NCBI GenBank assembly: GCA_963827235.1
Contig: CAWHAE010000009.1
Location: 1,232,239-1,296,238, forward strand
DNA: 64,000 bases
Direction: 5' to 3'
Source: an uncultured bacterium
GTDB taxonomy: Bacteria; Chloroflexota; UBA5177; JANWHV01
The notes beneath the pieces were generated by a model. That model saw only the letters and a program-made list of their open reading frames with translations. It was not told the DNA's origin and searched no databases. The position numbers and the translations under genes were made by a program. Positions 28,156 through 39,729 of this stretch are shown piece after piece; positions within the stretch are counted from its first letter, which is position 1, and each line of letters starts with the position of its first letter.

Positions 28156-29697
28156 TTACGGCCCCGGACGCGACCCGCGGGGTTCCGCATCGTGACCGGC
28201 GCGCGTGGCCGGTCCAGGGTTCACGGCCGCTGCGGTCGCAGCATCGTCGGGCGCGGATCGCTGCGCGTTGACGAACTCTTGAATCACGACGTGGCAGAGA
28301 GCCACGATCGGCACGGCGAAGAAGGCACCGGGCAGGCCGGCCAGCGGCAGTCCGACCAGCGCCGCTGCCATCGCCTCCAGTGGATGAATGCGAAGATGGT
28401 GCGCTTGCAGCCGGGGTCCCACCACGTTGGTGATGATCTGCTCCCCGATCAGCAGCCATGCCAGGTAGACAATCGGTTTCGGCAAGGGCGTGAAGATGAG
28501 GGCGACGGCGAGCGGCGGGATCGGCAGCACTACCGGGCCCAGTACGGGCACCAGCGAGAGCAGGAAGCTGCTGAAGAAGATCACGATGGCATAGGGAATA
28601 CCCAGTATGACGGCGCCGGTCGCATCGGCCAGACCGGCAAGCAAGCCGAGCAGGATCTGCGTGCGCACGTAGCGCCCGAGGATCTCATCCAGGCTGGCCA
28701 TCGCGCGCACGGCCTGTGGCCGGGACTTGCGTGGTGCGAGGTAGGTGATCCAGCGCGCGAATCGAGCACCGTCCTTCAAGAAATAGATGGAGATGATGAA
28801 GATCAACACGACGTCGAGCAGCAGGTTTCCTGCCTGCAGGCCGATGTTGACCGCGTTGTTGAGCAGGGACGATATCTGATCGTTGATCGACTTCAACACC
28901 TGGCTGAACTTGTCGTGAAGATCCGCCGAGACGCCGCGCTGGTCGAGGTCGGCCTGGAGATTGAGCAGGAGCAGCGGTGTGGATGCCGCCTTCTGGTAGG
29001 TAGTATTGGCCTGGTTGAGCGCCTGGTCTGCCTGCAGGCGAAAGTGCGCGAGCCAGGCCGAGCTGAGCGCGGATTGAGCCGATCCGTAGGCGGCTTGCAC
29101 CTGGCGAGCACTTGCCAGGATGGGATTGGCATAGCTGGGGGGGATGGCCACCACGCCGTCCGGAGTCTGGTCCACCGTGAGTACCGATGCGTCGTGCACG
29201 AGCGTCGCCAGCGCCGACTCTGTGCTCCGGATTTGGTCGATGGAGACCGGGTGGCTGACGGCAATGGCGCTCTGCTGGGCGCTGACGTTCGTGAGCACCG
29301 CCGCATAGTCGTTCTTTACCGCGACGAGACGCACGAGGCTGCTCTTTGCAGGGTTTTCCAGATTCTTGATCAGATCCTTGGCTTCGGACACGAACGGGGT
29401 CAGGAGCAGAAAGCCGAAGCCCAGGGCGCAGGCAAACAGCAGGATGTAGGCACCGATCACGGCCGCCCAGTGCTTGCGCACCACGTGCTGGAGCAGGCGC
29501 ACGGCGGGCGCCATAAGGTAGGCCAGCAGCGCCCCGATCAGGAACATGTAGAGCACCGCTCGGAAGCGATCGAACAAGCCGAGCACGTCGCTCAGCAGCC
29601 CAAGCAGGGTCTGGGCGATCAGCAACACGGCCAGGACGATCAGTACGCGAATGAGGAGGCCGAGATTCTGCGGTTGATCCGGTTCCAACAGGTGCAA
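28156..29697 (-). CDS. AI-2E (PerM/TqsA) family transporter with a large soluble insertion
   Basis: AGGAGG RBS + TTG; [53 protein letters not shown]. Confidence 0.88.
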   Translation of the reverse strand: MHLLEPDQPQNLGLLIRVLIVLAVLLIAQTLLGLLSDVLGLFDRFRAVLYMFLIGALLAYLMAPAVRLLQHVVRKHWAAVIGAYILLFACALGFGFLLLTPFVSEAKDLIKNLENPAKSSLVRLVAVKNDYAAVLTNVSAQQSAIAVSHPVSIDQIRSTESALATLVHDASVLTVDQTPDGVVAIPPSYANPILASARQVQAAYGSAQSALSSAWLAHFRLQADQALNQANTTYQKAASTPLLLLNLQADLDQRGVSADLHDKFSQVLKSINDQISSLLNNAVNIGLQAGNLLLDVVLIFIISIYFLKDGARFARWITYLAPRKSRPQAVRAMASLDEILGRYVRTQILLGLLAGLADATGAVILGIPYAIVIFFSSFLLSLVPVLGPVVLPIPPLAVALIFTPLPKPIVYLAWLLIGEQIITNVVGPRLQAHHLRIHPLEAMAAALVGLPLAGLPGAFFAVPIVALCHVVIQEFVNAQRSAPDDAATAAAVNPGPATRAGHDAEPRGSRPGP

Positions 29698-29915
29698 CTA
29701 ACAGTCCTCCTGTAGCCGGTTCCGGCTCATGGCATGCGATCTGCTGCGGCTCCGACCTTCATGATATAACGGGAGGGACATTCCGCTCACTGGAGGGATG
29801 CGTCCGGGTTTCCCATACACCTGGCTGTGGCCGGGTGGGCGAGACGAGAACGGGTGCCCGGCCGGAAACGCATGGAGGCGCGCGCTGCAGGCGCAGCGAC
29901 GGCGAGGAGGCAAGA

Positions 29916-30422
29916 ATGGCGGCTCCAGAGGCCGGCGAGCCCGGGCACGCGCTGGTTGGCGTGATCATGGGCAGCAAATCGGACTGGGAGACGATGGTGC
30001 ATGTAACCACGACGCTGTCCGAACTGGGCGTGCCGTACGAGGCACGCGTGGTGAGCGCCCACCGGACGCCCGATCTCCTCTTCGCCTATGCGGAAGGGGC
30101 CGAAGCCAGGGGCATTGAGGTGATCGTGGCCGGGGCCGGCGGAGCGGCGCATCTGCCGGGCATGGCGGCCTCCAAGACTGTCCTGCCGGTGCTTGGAGTG
30201 CCAGTGCAGAGCAAGGCCCTCAACGGACTCGATTCGCTGCTCTCCATCGTGCAGATGCCGGCCGGCATCCCGGTAGGCACGCTGGCAATCGGCCGTTCCG
30301 GCGCCGTGAACGCGGCACTGCTGGCAGCGGCCATGCTGGGCGGCCGCTACCCCGCCATCCGCGAGTCGGTGCGGCGCTACAGGCAGGCTCAGACCGAGCG
30401 CGTGCTGCAGGAGGTGCTGTAG
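29916..30422 (+). CDS. purE: N5-carboxyaminoimidazole ribonucleotide mutase
   Basis: GAGGAGG RBS; [41 protein letters not shown]. Confidence 0.98.
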   Translation: MAAPEAGEPGHALVGVIMGSKSDWETMVHVTTTLSELGVPYEARVVSAHRTPDLLFAYAEGAEARGIEVIVAGAGGAAHLPGMAASKTVLPVLGVPVQSKALNGLDSLLSIVQMPAGIPVGTLAIGRSGAVNAALLAAAMLGGRYPAIRESVRRYRQAQTERVLQEVL

Positions 30423-30424
30423 AC

Positions 30425-31561
30425 GTGCTCACGCCGGGCAGTACTCTGGGCATTCTGGGCGGCGGCCAGCTCGCCCGCATGACGGCCCTTGCCGCGCGGC
30501 CCATGGGCTACAGGGTGGTGGTGCTCGATCCCACGCCCGATTGCCCCGCCGCGCAGGTTGCGGACGGGCAGATCGTCGGCCGGTTCGACGACCTCGATGC
30601 GGCGGCGAAGCTGGCGGAGGCTGCCGACGTGGTGACGCTGGAGTTCGAGAACGTCTCCGCCGTCACGGTCGGCTACCTCGAGACGCGGCTTCCCGTCCGT
30701 CCGCGCGCCATGGTCCTGCACGTGGCCCAGAACCGCCTGCTTGAGAAGCGGTTCCTTCAGGAGGCCGGCGTTCCCGTCACGCCGTTTGCCGCGGTCCACG
30801 ACCGCCACACGCTGGCCGCCGCCGTGCTCCAGGTCGGTCTGCCGGCGGTGCTGAAGACGGCCACCATGGGGTACGACGGCAAAGGACAGGCCGTGGTTCG
30901 CACGGCCGAGGAGGCCGCTGCCGCCTACGAGGCTCTGGCCGGGACCTGCATCCTGGAGCGGCTCGTGCAGTTCGAGTGCGAGATCAGCGTCGTGGTGGCG
31001 CGCGGTGTGGATGGGCAGGTCGTCGCGTACGAGCCCGCGGAGAACGTGCACGTCGACGGCATTCTCGATACGTCGATGGTGCCTGCACACGTGCACCCGG
31101 ACGTCGCGCGCTCGGCGCGCGCGCTCGGTACGCAGGTGGCCGAGGCGCTCGAGCTCACCGGCGTACTGGCAGTGGAGCTCTTCGTGCGTGCGGACGGCAC
31201 CCTCCTGGCGAACGAGATCGCTCCTCGCCCGCACAACTCGGCGCACTGGTCGATCGAGGCCTGTACGGCCAGCCAGTTCGAGCAGCAGACGCGCGTGAGC
31301 GCCGGCGCGCCGCCCGCGCCTGCCGATCTCCTGCGGCCCGCCGCGATCGCCAATCTGATGGGCGATCTCTGGTCCGAAGGCGAGCCGATGTGGGAGCGCT
31401 TGCTCGCCCTTCCCGACGTCAAGCTCCATCTCTACGGCAAGCGCGAGGCGAGAGCCGGCCGCAAGATGGGCCATCTGACGGCGCTGGCAAACAGCCCTCA
31501 CGCCGCCCGGGAGCGCGTGCTCACCGCCCGCGCGGCCCTGCTTGGCAGGGAGCGGATCTAG
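30425..31561 (+). CDS. purK: N5-carboxyaminoimidazole ribonucleotide synthase
   Basis: GILGGGQLARM, TLEFENV, GYDGKGQ, NEIAPRPHNS, HLYGKREARAGRKMGH. Confidence 0.98.
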   Translation: MLTPGSTLGILGGGQLARMTALAARPMGYRVVVLDPTPDCPAAQVADGQIVGRFDDLDAAAKLAEAADVVTLEFENVSAVTVGYLETRLPVRPRAMVLHVAQNRLLEKRFLQEAGVPVTPFAAVHDRHTLAAAVLQVGLPAVLKTATMGYDGKGQAVVRTAEEAAAAYEALAGTCILERLVQFECEISVVVARGVDGQVVAYEPAENVHVDGILDTSMVPAHVHPDVARSARALGTQVAEALELTGVLAVELFVRADGTLLANEIAPRPHNSAHWSIEACTASQFEQQTRVSAGAPPAPADLLRPAAIANLMGDLWSEGEPMWERLLALPDVKLHLYGKREARAGRKMGHLTALANSPHAARERVLTARAALLGRERI

Positions 31562-31651
31562 CAGGTTGCCCAATGCCTCCTGCGACGCCGGGCCCCGCCA
31601 ACCGGGACATGCAGCACGGTGGCCGGGTCCGCGCCTCGAAGAGGTAGCGCG

Positions 31652-32854
31652 CTACAGCTCGAACGCCTTGTTGGCGGCGCCCACGATGGCGCCGGCAATG
31701 GCCAGCGACGAGGTAGCCGCGGGCGACGGCGCATTGCGCACGTGGATGATGTTCTTCGAGTTGAGGATCGAGAAGTCGTCCAGCAGCGTGCCGTCAGCGG
31801 TGATCGCTTGCGCGCGCACACCCGACGGGCCGAACACGACGTCGTCGCCCGACACTTCGGGAACATACGCCTGCATGGCCGCCACGAAGGCGCGCTTGCT
31901 GTAATCGCGATACATCTCCGCCAATCCCATGCGCCAGTACTTCTGCGCCATGGCCCGGAATCCGCTGTAGCTGAGTGACTCGAAGAGGTCGCGCGGATTG
32001 GCTTCGTAGCGGCTGTAGCCCTCGCGCTTGAAGGCGAGAACCGCGTTTGGGCCGGCCCACACCTGGCCGTCCATGCGAATCGTGAAGTGAACGCCGAGGA
32101 AGGGGAAGGCCGGATCCGGCACGGGGTAGATCAGAGAGTTGCAGAGATAGGCCTTTTCGGGCTTCAGGGTATAGTAGTCGCCGCGGAAGGGCACTATGCG
32201 AAGATTATCCGGCGCGCCGGTCTTCCGGGCGATGCGATCGGATTGCAGGCCCGCGCAGGTGATCAGGTACTTTGCCCCCACCTCGCCGACCGGCGTCTCC
32301 AGCACGAGCGGGCTGCCCTTGATGATGTTGGTCACCTCGTGGCTGGTGCGGATCTCGCCGCCCGCCTCTTCGACCTTCTTCGCGTAGACCTTCGCCACCT
32401 CGACGTAATCGACAATACCGGTCGTGGGCGAGTAGATTGCCTTGATCCCGGTGGCGTGCGGCTCCAGCTCCTTGATGCGCTCGGGACCGACTATCTCGAT
32501 ACGCGGCACGCCGTTTTTCTGACCTCGCTCGTACAGATCGTTGAGGCGCGGCAGCTCGTTCTCGTCGAGTGCCACGATGACCTTGCCGCAGAGCTTGTAT
32601 GGGATGCCGTTCTCGTCGCAGAAGCTGAGCAGCTCGGCCTTGCCTGCCACGCACATACGCGCCTTGAGGGAGCCGGGCTTGTAGTAGATGCCGGAGTGGA
32701 GGACGCCGCTGTTGTGCCCGGACTGGTGCGTGGCGATGCCGTCCTCCTTCTCGAGTATCGCCAGCTTCAGGTGCGGATGCGCGGCAAGCAGTTTCATTGC
32801 CGTCGCGAGGCCCACGATTCCGCCACCCACTATGGCTACGTCATATTGCTGCAT
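31652..32854 (-). CDS. lhgO: L-2-hydroxyglutarate oxidase-like FAD dehydrogenase
   Basis: GGGIVGLATA, HQSGHNSGVLHSGIYYKPGSLKA, FRGDYY, IYPVPDPAFPFLGVHFT, NAPSPAATSSLAI. Confidence 0.93.
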   Translation of the reverse strand: MQQYDVAIVGGGIVGLATAMKLLAAHPHLKLAILEKEDGIATHQSGHNSGVLHSGIYYKPGSLKARMCVAGKAELLSFCDENGIPYKLCGKVIVALDENELPRLNDLYERGQKNGVPRIEIVGPERIKELEPHATGIKAIYSPTTGIVDYVEVAKVYAKKVEEAGGEIRTSHEVTNIIKGSPLVLETPVGEVGAKYLITCAGLQSDRIARKTGAPDNLRIVPFRGDYYTLKPEKAYLCNSLIYPVPDPAFPFLGVHFTIRMDGQVWAGPNAVLAFKREGYSRYEANPRDLFESLSYSGFRAMAQKYWRMGLAEMYRDYSKRAFVAAMQAYVPEVSGDDVVFGPSGVRAQAITADGTLLDDFSILNSKNIIHVRNAPSPAATSSLAIAGAIVGAANKAFEL

Positions 32855-33101
32855 CGCTCACTCCCTCACACGCGCACGGCCGGATGCGACCCGGGTCGCC
32901 AGTCGCAATGAGCCCAGCCTCCCGGAACACGCGCCCCGCATATGTATGTAGGATACCGTACGGCGGAATTCGGGCCATTTAGCGCGAGATACGCCTGGTA
33001 ACCGGCCGGCGGCTTGGCAGACTGGCGGCTGGCCCGTTCGGTCCGGGTTAGCTGCCGCCGGTCTTGGCCGTGGACGGAAGCGTCGAGGGTCCTCGCGACG
33101 A

Positions 33102-33446
33102 TCAGCCGGCGCTACCCGGGTCCGGCGGCGCCCCGGTACATGTGCCGCACGGGCAAAGCGATCGGAGCAGCGAGAACGTATAGAAGCCGCTGTCGTGCCC
33201 GTCGCCCCAGACGGGCTGCAACGCATAGCGGCCGACCTCGTGAATGTCGACGAGCGTGCACTGGTCGCTGGTGAACGACGTGTACTCGTCGACGAGGCCG
33301 GGCCTGCCCATCTCGCCGCTGCAGACGGCGCACGGGCAATGCGGCCGCAGATCGGCCAGCTCATAGATACTCTCGTGCCCGTCCTGCCACGCGATGCGCA
33401 ACAGTCCCTGCTCGGGATCGCAGACGATCTCGGCCGGGCGGATCAT
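33102..33446 (-). CDS. DUF971 / GBBH-like N-terminal domain protein
   Basis: LRIAWQDGHES.Y..LRPHCPCAVC..VGRYALQPVWGDGHDSGFYTF; start uncertain (33446-33500). Confidence 0.88.
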   Translation of the reverse strand: MIRPAEIVCDPEQGLLRIAWQDGHESIYELADLRPHCPCAVCSGEMGRPGLVDEYTSFTSDQCTLVDIHEVGRYALQPVWGDGHDSGFYTFSLLRSLCPCGTCTGAPPDPGSAG

Positions 33447-33483
33447 TCCAGCAGCACTTTCGACCACGGCACGGTCTCCTCGG

Positions 33484-34431
33484 CTACACGGTGAGCTCAT
33501 CCGTCGGACGCTTGCGCGCCGGCCAGCGATCTCGCAGCGGCAGGGCGCCGGCCAGCGGCGCGAATCCCTCGCCGAGCACGGTGGACGCCACGGACACGAC
33601 GAGAAAGGCCTTCGGGTCTATGGCCTGGACGAGAGAGCGTAGCATGGGCTCCTCGGCCCGGTCAAGCACGCACAGCAGCACGGGACGGTCCTCGCCCGTG
33701 TAGCCGCCGGTTGCCTGCAGCACGGTGACGCCGCGCTCCATGTCGAGCATGATACGCGTGCAGATCTCCTCCGCGTCGTTGGACACCACCAGGGCCAGGC
33801 GCTCGCCCGACGTGCCCTCGAGGGTCCAGTCGATGGCCTTGCCGCTCACGTACAGGCCGACCAGGCTGTAGAGCGCCAGCTCGGGCCCGAAGGCCAGCCC
33901 GGTCAGGGCGATGATAACGCCGTCCACGATCACCTGCAGTATGCCGACGCTCTCGCGCGTGATATCCTGCAGCAACCTGGCGATGATCGTCGTACCGCCG
34001 GTGGAGGCGCCGGTGCCGAAGATCAGCCCGATGCCGATCCCGATGATCACGCCGCCGTACAGGGAGGCCAGGAAGGCGTCGCGCGTGAGAGGAAGCTTCA
34101 CCAGGTGGGCCATGGGATCGACGGTGGCCGAGAAGATGGCCACCGACACGAGGGTGCGAATGGTGAAACGCAGGCCGCCGAGGAAGACGAAACCGGCCAG
34201 CAGCAGCGGCACGTTCAGGGCAAAGACGATGGGGCCGGTCGGCACGCCCCATTTGTAGTGCGCGATGATGGCGAGCCCGCTCACACCTCCCGAAGAGAGC
34301 TTGGCGGGGATCAGGAACAGAGCGAAGCCGGCAGTGAATAGCAGCGTCGCGGCGACCAGAATGGTGTAGTCACGGATGAGTGCGCGCACGGTCAATAAGA
34401 TAGCACTTGCGGCAACTGCCCTTACTTTCAT
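33484..34431 (-). CDS. YitT family membrane protein
   Basis: GGVSGLA, NVPLL, GASTGGT, RGVT..GGYTG, IDPKAF..VLGEGF. Confidence 0.93.
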   Translation of the reverse strand: MKVRAVAASAILLTVRALIRDYTILVAATLLFTAGFALFLIPAKLSSGGVSGLAIIAHYKWGVPTGPIVFALNVPLLLAGFVFLGGLRFTIRTLVSVAIFSATVDPMAHLVKLPLTRDAFLASLYGGVIIGIGIGLIFGTGASTGGTTIIARLLQDITRESVGILQVIVDGVIIALTGLAFGPELALYSLVGLYVSGKAIDWTLEGTSGERLALVVSNDAEEICTRIMLDMERGVTVLQATGGYTGEDRPVLLCVLDRAEEPMLRSLVQAIDPKAFLVVSVASTVLGEGFAPLAGALPLRDRWPARKRPTDELTV

Positions 34432-34536
34432 AGACTACGGTGTGGATTCCATTGGCAGCCCGCGCCGCGATTGGCGAAACGGCCGAGAGTTCGTACGGCG
34501 CGCGGTGCGAGTCGCGGTGGCCGCTGGGGGGCGGTA

Positions 34537-35559
34537 ATGCTAGAGACACAAACGAAGCAACCCGGTTCAGATGCCCCGTCCGGCTGGGATGGCCGCGACC
34601 TGCTCGAGGTACGGAATCTCACGGTCGACTTCTACACCCCGCGCGGAGCAGCCCGCGCCGTGGACAACGTCTCGTTCAGCATCGCTCCGGGCGAGGTCTT
34701 TGGGCTGGCAGGCGAGTCCGGCTGCGGCAAGAGCACGGCCGCGCACGCGATCATGCGGTTGATCAAGAGCCCGGGCAAGATCACCGGCGGCGAGGTCCTG
34801 TTCAAGGGCCGGAGTGTCATGGGGCTGAACGCCGAGGAGTTGCGGCGCTTCCGCTGGAGCGAGGTCTCCATCGTCTTCCAGAGTGCCATGAACGCCCTCA
34901 ACCCGGTGATGTCGCTGGGCGACCAGCTGGAGGACGCCATTCGGGCGCACGAGACGGTGAGCAAGAAGGAGGCCATGGAGCGGGCGGCCGAGCTGTTTGA
35001 CCTGGTGGGCATTGCCAACACGCGCTTGAAGAGCTATCCGCACGAGCTGTCCGGCGGCATGCGCCAGCGATCCGTGATTGCCATGGCCCTGGCACTCCGT
35101 CCGGCGCTGGTGATCATGGACGAGCCCACGACCGCGCTCGACGTGGTGGTGCAGCGCGACATCTTGCAGCAGATCGAAGATCTTCAGGTCAAGCTTGGCT
35201 TTTCCATCCTGTTCATCACGCACGATCTCTCGCTGCTGGTCGAGTTTTCCACGCGCCTGGCGATCATGTACGCCGGGCGCATCGTGGAGTTCGCGCCCGC
35301 CGCGGAGCTCTTCTCGAATCCGCTGCATCCGTACACGCTCGGACTGATGAACTCGTTCCCGTCGATCCGGGGGGAGAAGAAGCAGCTGCAGGGCATTCCC
35401 GGTACCTTGCCCGACCTAGTGAACACTCCGCCGGGCTGCCGCTTCGCGCCGCGCTGCCCTCGTGTGATGGGCCGCTGCACGGCGCTCGACCCTGTGCTGC
35501 GCGAGGTGACACCGGGACACTGGGCGGCCTGTTACCTGTATGACGAAACGAGGGGCTGA
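34537..35559 (+). CDS. oppD: Oligopeptide/dipeptide ABC transporter ATP-binding protein (OppD/DppD)
   Basis: [31 protein letters not shown]-terminal [10 protein letters not shown]. Confidence 0.93.
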   Translation: MLETQTKQPGSDAPSGWDGRDLLEVRNLTVDFYTPRGAARAVDNVSFSIAPGEVFGLAGESGCGKSTAAHAIMRLIKSPGKITGGEVLFKGRSVMGLNAEELRRFRWSEVSIVFQSAMNALNPVMSLGDQLEDAIRAHETVSKKEAMERAAELFDLVGIANTRLKSYPHELSGGMRQRSVIAMALALRPALVIMDEPTTALDVVVQRDILQQIEDLQVKLGFSILFITHDLSLLVEFSTRLAIMYAGRIVEFAPAAELFSNPLHPYTLGLMNSFPSIRGEKKQLQGIPGTLPDLVNTPPGCRFAPRCPRVMGRCTALDPVLREVTPGHWAACYLYDETRG

Positions 35560-36586
35560 GATGATCCAGGGGCAGTCTAGCGACGTCGTGATGGATGTCC
35601 GCAAGCTGTGCAAGTGGTTCCCGATCGGCGCCAACCTTCCGTTTGGCATTGGCGGCGGGCAGAAGCAGATCCACGCGGTAGACGACGTGAGCTTCACGCT
35701 CCGTCGCGGCCAGATCATTGCCCTCGTGGGTGAGAGCGGCAGCGGCAAGAGCACCATCGCCCGCGTGCTCGTGGGCCTCTATCCCGCGACGTCAGGCGAG
35801 GTGTTGTTTCACGGCCAGAACATCACCAAGCTGCATGGCCGGCGTGCCCTGCTGAACTATCGCGGCCGCGTGCAGATGGTCTTCCAGGACCCCTTCGGAT
35901 CCCTGAATCCGGTGAAGACGATCGCGCACCACATCCAGCGACCGCTCAGCATTCACAAGCGGCAGAGCGGGCGGAACCGCACCGGGAGCACGGTGGTGGA
36001 GCTGCTGCGAGCGGTCGGCCTGACGCCGCCGGAGGAAGTGGCCAAGAAATACCCGCACCAGCTCTCGGGCGGCCAGCGGCAGCGTGTCTCGTTCGCGCGT
36101 GCCCTTGCCGTGAATCCGGAAGTGATCCTGGCCGACGAGCCGATCAGCATGCTCGACGTGTCCATACGCATGGGCATTCTGAACCTGATGGCGGGACTGC
36201 GCACGGAGCGCGGGCTCTCGTACCTCTACATCACGCACGACATTGCCAGCGCGAGGTACATCGCGGACGATACGATCGTGCTCTACGCCGGCCAGGCGGT
36301 GGAGCAGTCGGCGAGTGAAGAGCTGATGATGGAGCCGCTGCATCCGTATACGCAGCTGCTGTTGAGCGCCGTGCCCGATCCCAGCATGGGACTGAGCAAG
36401 AAGCGCATCGAGGCGCGGGGCGCCATCCCGACGGTGATCGACCCCAAGCCGGGCTGCCGCTTTGCCAATCGCTGCCCGCACGTGATGCCCGTGTGCCGGT
36501 CGACTACGCCGCAATTCGTCGAGGTCAAGCCCGCCCACCAGGTTCGCTGTCACCTTTACGGCACGACGAGCATGGTCGGATCGTAG
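35540..36586 (+). CDS. oppF: Oligopeptide/dipeptide ABC transporter ATP-binding protein (OppF/DppF)
   Basis: [52 protein letters not shown]. Confidence 0.93.
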   Translation: MTKRGAEMIQGQSSDVVMDVRKLCKWFPIGANLPFGIGGGQKQIHAVDDVSFTLRRGQIIALVGESGSGKSTIARVLVGLYPATSGEVLFHGQNITKLHGRRALLNYRGRVQMVFQDPFGSLNPVKTIAHHIQRPLSIHKRQSGRNRTGSTVVELLRAVGLTPPEEVAKKYPHQLSGGQRQRVSFARALAVNPEVILADEPISMLDVSIRMGILNLMAGLRTERGLSYLYITHDIASARYIADDTIVLYAGQAVEQSASEELMMEPLHPYTQLLLSAVPDPSMGLSKKRIEARGAIPTVIDPKPGCRFANRCPHVMPVCRSTTPQFVEVKPAHQVRCHLYGTTSMVGS

Positions 36587-36815
36587 GAGCAAGCGACAAG
36601 AGGTCACAGATACTGGTCCGTGACCTCAACGTCCCACGGGCTCTGAGTATCCACGTGCGACCTCGTGCTTCAGCCGCATGGGCCTGTCAAGCGCCAACGA
36701 TGCTATTGCCAACCTTTGTGGCACTGGTGTATGAAACTGGTGTGTTTCTCCGTATGAAGGCCGCGCCGATGCAGACGCATGGCTCCTCGCTCTTGCCCGG
36801 ACTGCATGCAATCGG

Positions 36816-37802
36816 ATGGCCGGACCACACGTAGCAAGGCCGGTGATGGCAGCACCTCTAGTGGCCAGCGTGATTATCCCGGTCAGGAACGGGGGGCTGA
36901 CGTGCGAGCGCACGCTGCGCGCCGTGCTGGCACAGCATCTGGACAGCGCCTTCGAGGTCGTGCTCGTCGACTCGGAGTCCACCGACCAGACAGTGGAGAC
37001 CGCCAAGCGTCTGTTCTCGAGCAGCGAGACCAATCCCGCGGGCGTTGAGCTCCAGCTGATCCAGATCCCGGTGCGCGAGTTCGGCCACGGGCGGACGCGG
37101 AACCTGGGTGCTCGCCGCGCGCGAGGCACGTACCTGGTGTACCTGAGCCACGACGCAACCCCAGTGGGCGAGAGCTGGCTGGAGCGTTTCTTGCGGCCAT
37201 TCGAAGACGAGCAGGTGGCCGGTGCGTTCTGCAGGCAGGTCGCGACGCGCGAGGCTCGCCTGTCGGAGCGATTCATGCTCCGGTCGACGTATCCACCTGA
37301 GTCCTCTATTCGCACTCGGAACTCCCTCCAGTCTTTCGGCGCCACGCACATCCAGTTCTCGAACGCGGCAAGCACCGTGCGGCGCGACGTCTGGCAGCTC
37401 TTCCCTTTCGACGAGGACTTGATGGTTTGCGAGGATCAGGACTGGGGGACTCGCGTGCTCCAGGCCGGATATCTGATCCATTACCTGGCGGACGTATGCG
37501 TCAGTCACACGCACAGGGACTCCTTGCTGCGCATGCTGTCACGCAATTTCGACTATGCGATCTCGAATCGACGTTCGGCATACACGAAGGTGTCTGCGAC
37601 AAGCTATGCCCGGTATCTGCGCAGTGAGGCGGGCTACATACGCAGACATGGCGGTGTAGGCGCCCTGCCGGAGATGTTCGCCGTTGAGATGGCGCGCAGC
37701 ACCGGATACTTCCTTGGCACACATGGTGGGAGACTGCCGAAGAAGCTCTGCATGCGCTTGACCAGCTATCCGCTCTGGTTCGATTCTGCCAGGGGCAAGT
37801 AG
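36816..37802 (+). CDS. GT2 glycosyltransferase (rhamnosyltransferase-like)
   Basis: SVIIPVRNG, VDSESTD, FGHGRTRN, YLSHDATP, FSNAAS, CEDQDW. Confidence 0.9.
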   Translation: MAGPHVARPVMAAPLVASVIIPVRNGGLTCERTLRAVLAQHLDSAFEVVLVDSESTDQTVETAKRLFSSSETNPAGVELQLIQIPVREFGHGRTRNLGARRARGTYLVYLSHDATPVGESWLERFLRPFEDEQVAGAFCRQVATREARLSERFMLRSTYPPESSIRTRNSLQSFGATHIQFSNAASTVRRDVWQLFPFDEDLMVCEDQDWGTRVLQAGYLIHYLADVCVSHTHRDSLLRMLSRNFDYAISNRRSAYTKVSATSYARYLRSEAGYIRRHGGVGALPEMFAVEMARSTGYFLGTHGGRLPKKLCMRLTSYPLWFDSARGK

Positions 37803-37809
37803 CACAAGA

Positions 37810-38286
37810 ATGGAGCAGGGGATGATCGACGGTGTCAAGCTCATCGATCTCACGACCAACGAGGACGACCGGGGATACCTGATCGAGATCGCGCGGCACA
37901 GCAACGATCCGGCGGCGCACGGCGTCGTGCATCAGTTTGGCCAGGTCTACCTGGTGGGCGATCAGGTGCGAGGCAGCATACGCGCCTTCCACAAACACGC
38001 GGAATTGTGGGACTGGTTTTGCATCACACATGGGAGCGCGAAGTTCGTGCTCAAAGACGACAGGCAATCGTCCCCAACCTTCGGCGAGCTCGTGAGCGTG
38101 ATCGGGAGTGCGCGAAGGCCGCGCCTCATCGTGGTGCCGCCCGGCGTCTATCATGGCTGGATGTCGCTGGAAGACGACACGCAGATGATCAGCATTGCCA
38201 GCCACACCTACAACCAGGCGCAACCGGACGAGGTGCGCATTCCACCGGATGCCTTCGGCGACGTCTGGACCGTGAAGGGCAGGTAG
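37810..38286 (+). CDS. RmlC-like cupin, NDP-sugar 3,5-epimerase family
   Basis: EDDRGYLIE, FGQVY, IRAFHKH, DDRQSSPTFG, VPPGVYHG. Confidence 0.88.
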   Translation: MEQGMIDGVKLIDLTTNEDDRGYLIEIARHSNDPAAHGVVHQFGQVYLVGDQVRGSIRAFHKHAELWDWFCITHGSAKFVLKDDRQSSPTFGELVSVIGSARRPRLIVVPPGVYHGWMSLEDDTQMISIASHTYNQAQPDEVRIPPDAFGDVWTVKGR

Positions 38287-38288
38287 GC

Positions 38289-39401
38289 ATGAGCACGATA
38301 CTGGTGGTCGGCGGCGCCGGATATGTAGGGTCGGTGCTTTCCGCCGAGCTGCTCGAGCGCGGCTACGCGGTGCGGGTATTCGACCGGATGTTCTTCGGCT
38401 ACAACGGCCTCAAGGAGATTCGCGATCGTGTCGAAGTCGTGGTCGGCGACATGCGCGAGATCGATCCCACTGTGCTGGACGGCGTGTCGGCGGTCGTCAA
38501 CGTAGCCGGACTTTCAAACGACCCCACCGCCGAGTACAACCCGCAGGCGAACGTGGAAATGAACACGATCGCTACGCGCGCGCTCGCGGAGATGTGCAAG
38601 CAGCACGGCGTGAACCGCTATGTGTTCGCCTCATCGTGCTCGATATACGATCGGGGCGTCGGACGCGATCAGCAGGACATCCTGCAGGATGAGACGTCGG
38701 ACGTCAACCCCCGCGCCGCCTATTCCAGCTCCAAGTTCGCCGCGGAGCGTGCGCTGATCGAGCTGGCAGACGAGCGATTCTGCCCGGTCATTCTGCGCAA
38801 AGGGACGGTTTACGGCTTCTCTCACCGGATGCGTTATGACCTCGTGGTAAACACGTTTCTCAAGGATGCCCTGTCGAAGGGCGTGATGACGTTGTACTAC
38901 GGCGGTGAGATGTGGCGGCCGCTCGTAGACGTGCGCGATGCGGCCAGGGCATATGTGACGTGCATCGAGGCCGACGCGTCCGTCGTGCGCGGCGAGATCT
39001 TCAACGTGTCGTTTCAGAATGTGCGCATCTCGGAGCTGGCCCTGCGCATGAGAGAGACGCTGTCAAGTCTCGGCATTCAGGTTGAGATTCGCCCGGAGTA
39101 TGCCTATAAGACCGTGCGAAGCTACCGCGTGTCCGCGCAGAAGATCGAGCGTGTGCTGGGCTTTCGCCCGTCTGTAACGATCGAGGAATCGGTCGCCGCC
39201 ATGGTGGAGAAGATTCGCAAGTACGGGCTGACCGACTACGACAGTCCACGCTACTACAACATCCAGTGGATGCGGCTGCTGGAGGACGCGCAACGCATCA
39301 TCAATGTCACGGGATCGGTATTCGGACTTCGCGACGCGGAGTCCGCCGCGGACGGTTTTCAGACGTTCAAGCCGAGGTCGGTGTCGGGGGTTGGCGTGTA
39401 G
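38289..39401 (+). CDS. NAD-dependent NDP-sugar epimerase/dehydratase (extended SDR)
   Basis: ATG 38289; VVGGAGYVG, AGLSNDP, ASSCSIY, YSSSK, RMRYDLVVN, WRPLVDVRD. Confidence 0.92.
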   Translation: MSTILVVGGAGYVGSVLSAELLERGYAVRVFDRMFFGYNGLKEIRDRVEVVVGDMREIDPTVLDGVSAVVNVAGLSNDPTAEYNPQANVEMNTIATRALAEMCKQHGVNRYVFASSCSIYDRGVGRDQQDILQDETSDVNPRAAYSSSKFAAERALIELADERFCPVILRKGTVYGFSHRMRYDLVVNTFLKDALSKGVMTLYYGGEMWRPLVDVRDAARAYVTCIEADASVVRGEIFNVSFQNVRISELALRMRETLSSLGIQVEIRPEYAYKTVRSYRVSAQKIERVLGFRPSVTIEESVAAMVEKIRKYGLTDYDSPRYYNIQWMRLLEDAQRIINVTGSVFGLRDAESAADGFQTFKPRSVSGVGV

Positions 39402-39729
39402 CGAGGTCCGGCCGGCGTGACAGCCATCGTGCGTGGATATGATGCAGGTGGGTCTCTGGTTCTCCTGGCGACCATCTGAAGAAACGAGCGAGCAGGGCTA
39501 CGGAGTGGTCGCCCATGGACCCCTGCAGGTGCGGCATAGCGGTGGCGACAGCCATCGGCTGGGCGCGGCCATCCTTGCGCCAAGCGGGGGATTCATCCAC
39601 ACACCGCACCCGTGGTCTACTAGTGCTGGGTGCCTCGAATGGGGAGCCGGAGGACGGGCCGGCATTCGACTCGACCCTTACTCGGGCTCTGGCAAGATGC
39701 CGCTGGGCGTCACACTGAGGAGCATCGGA

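Noticed and set aside
29698-29915. Purine-related riboswitch (ZTP, PRPP or guanine) upstream of purE
   Set aside because: I could not find the conserved core sequences by eye; an Rfam scan would be needed to exclude it formally
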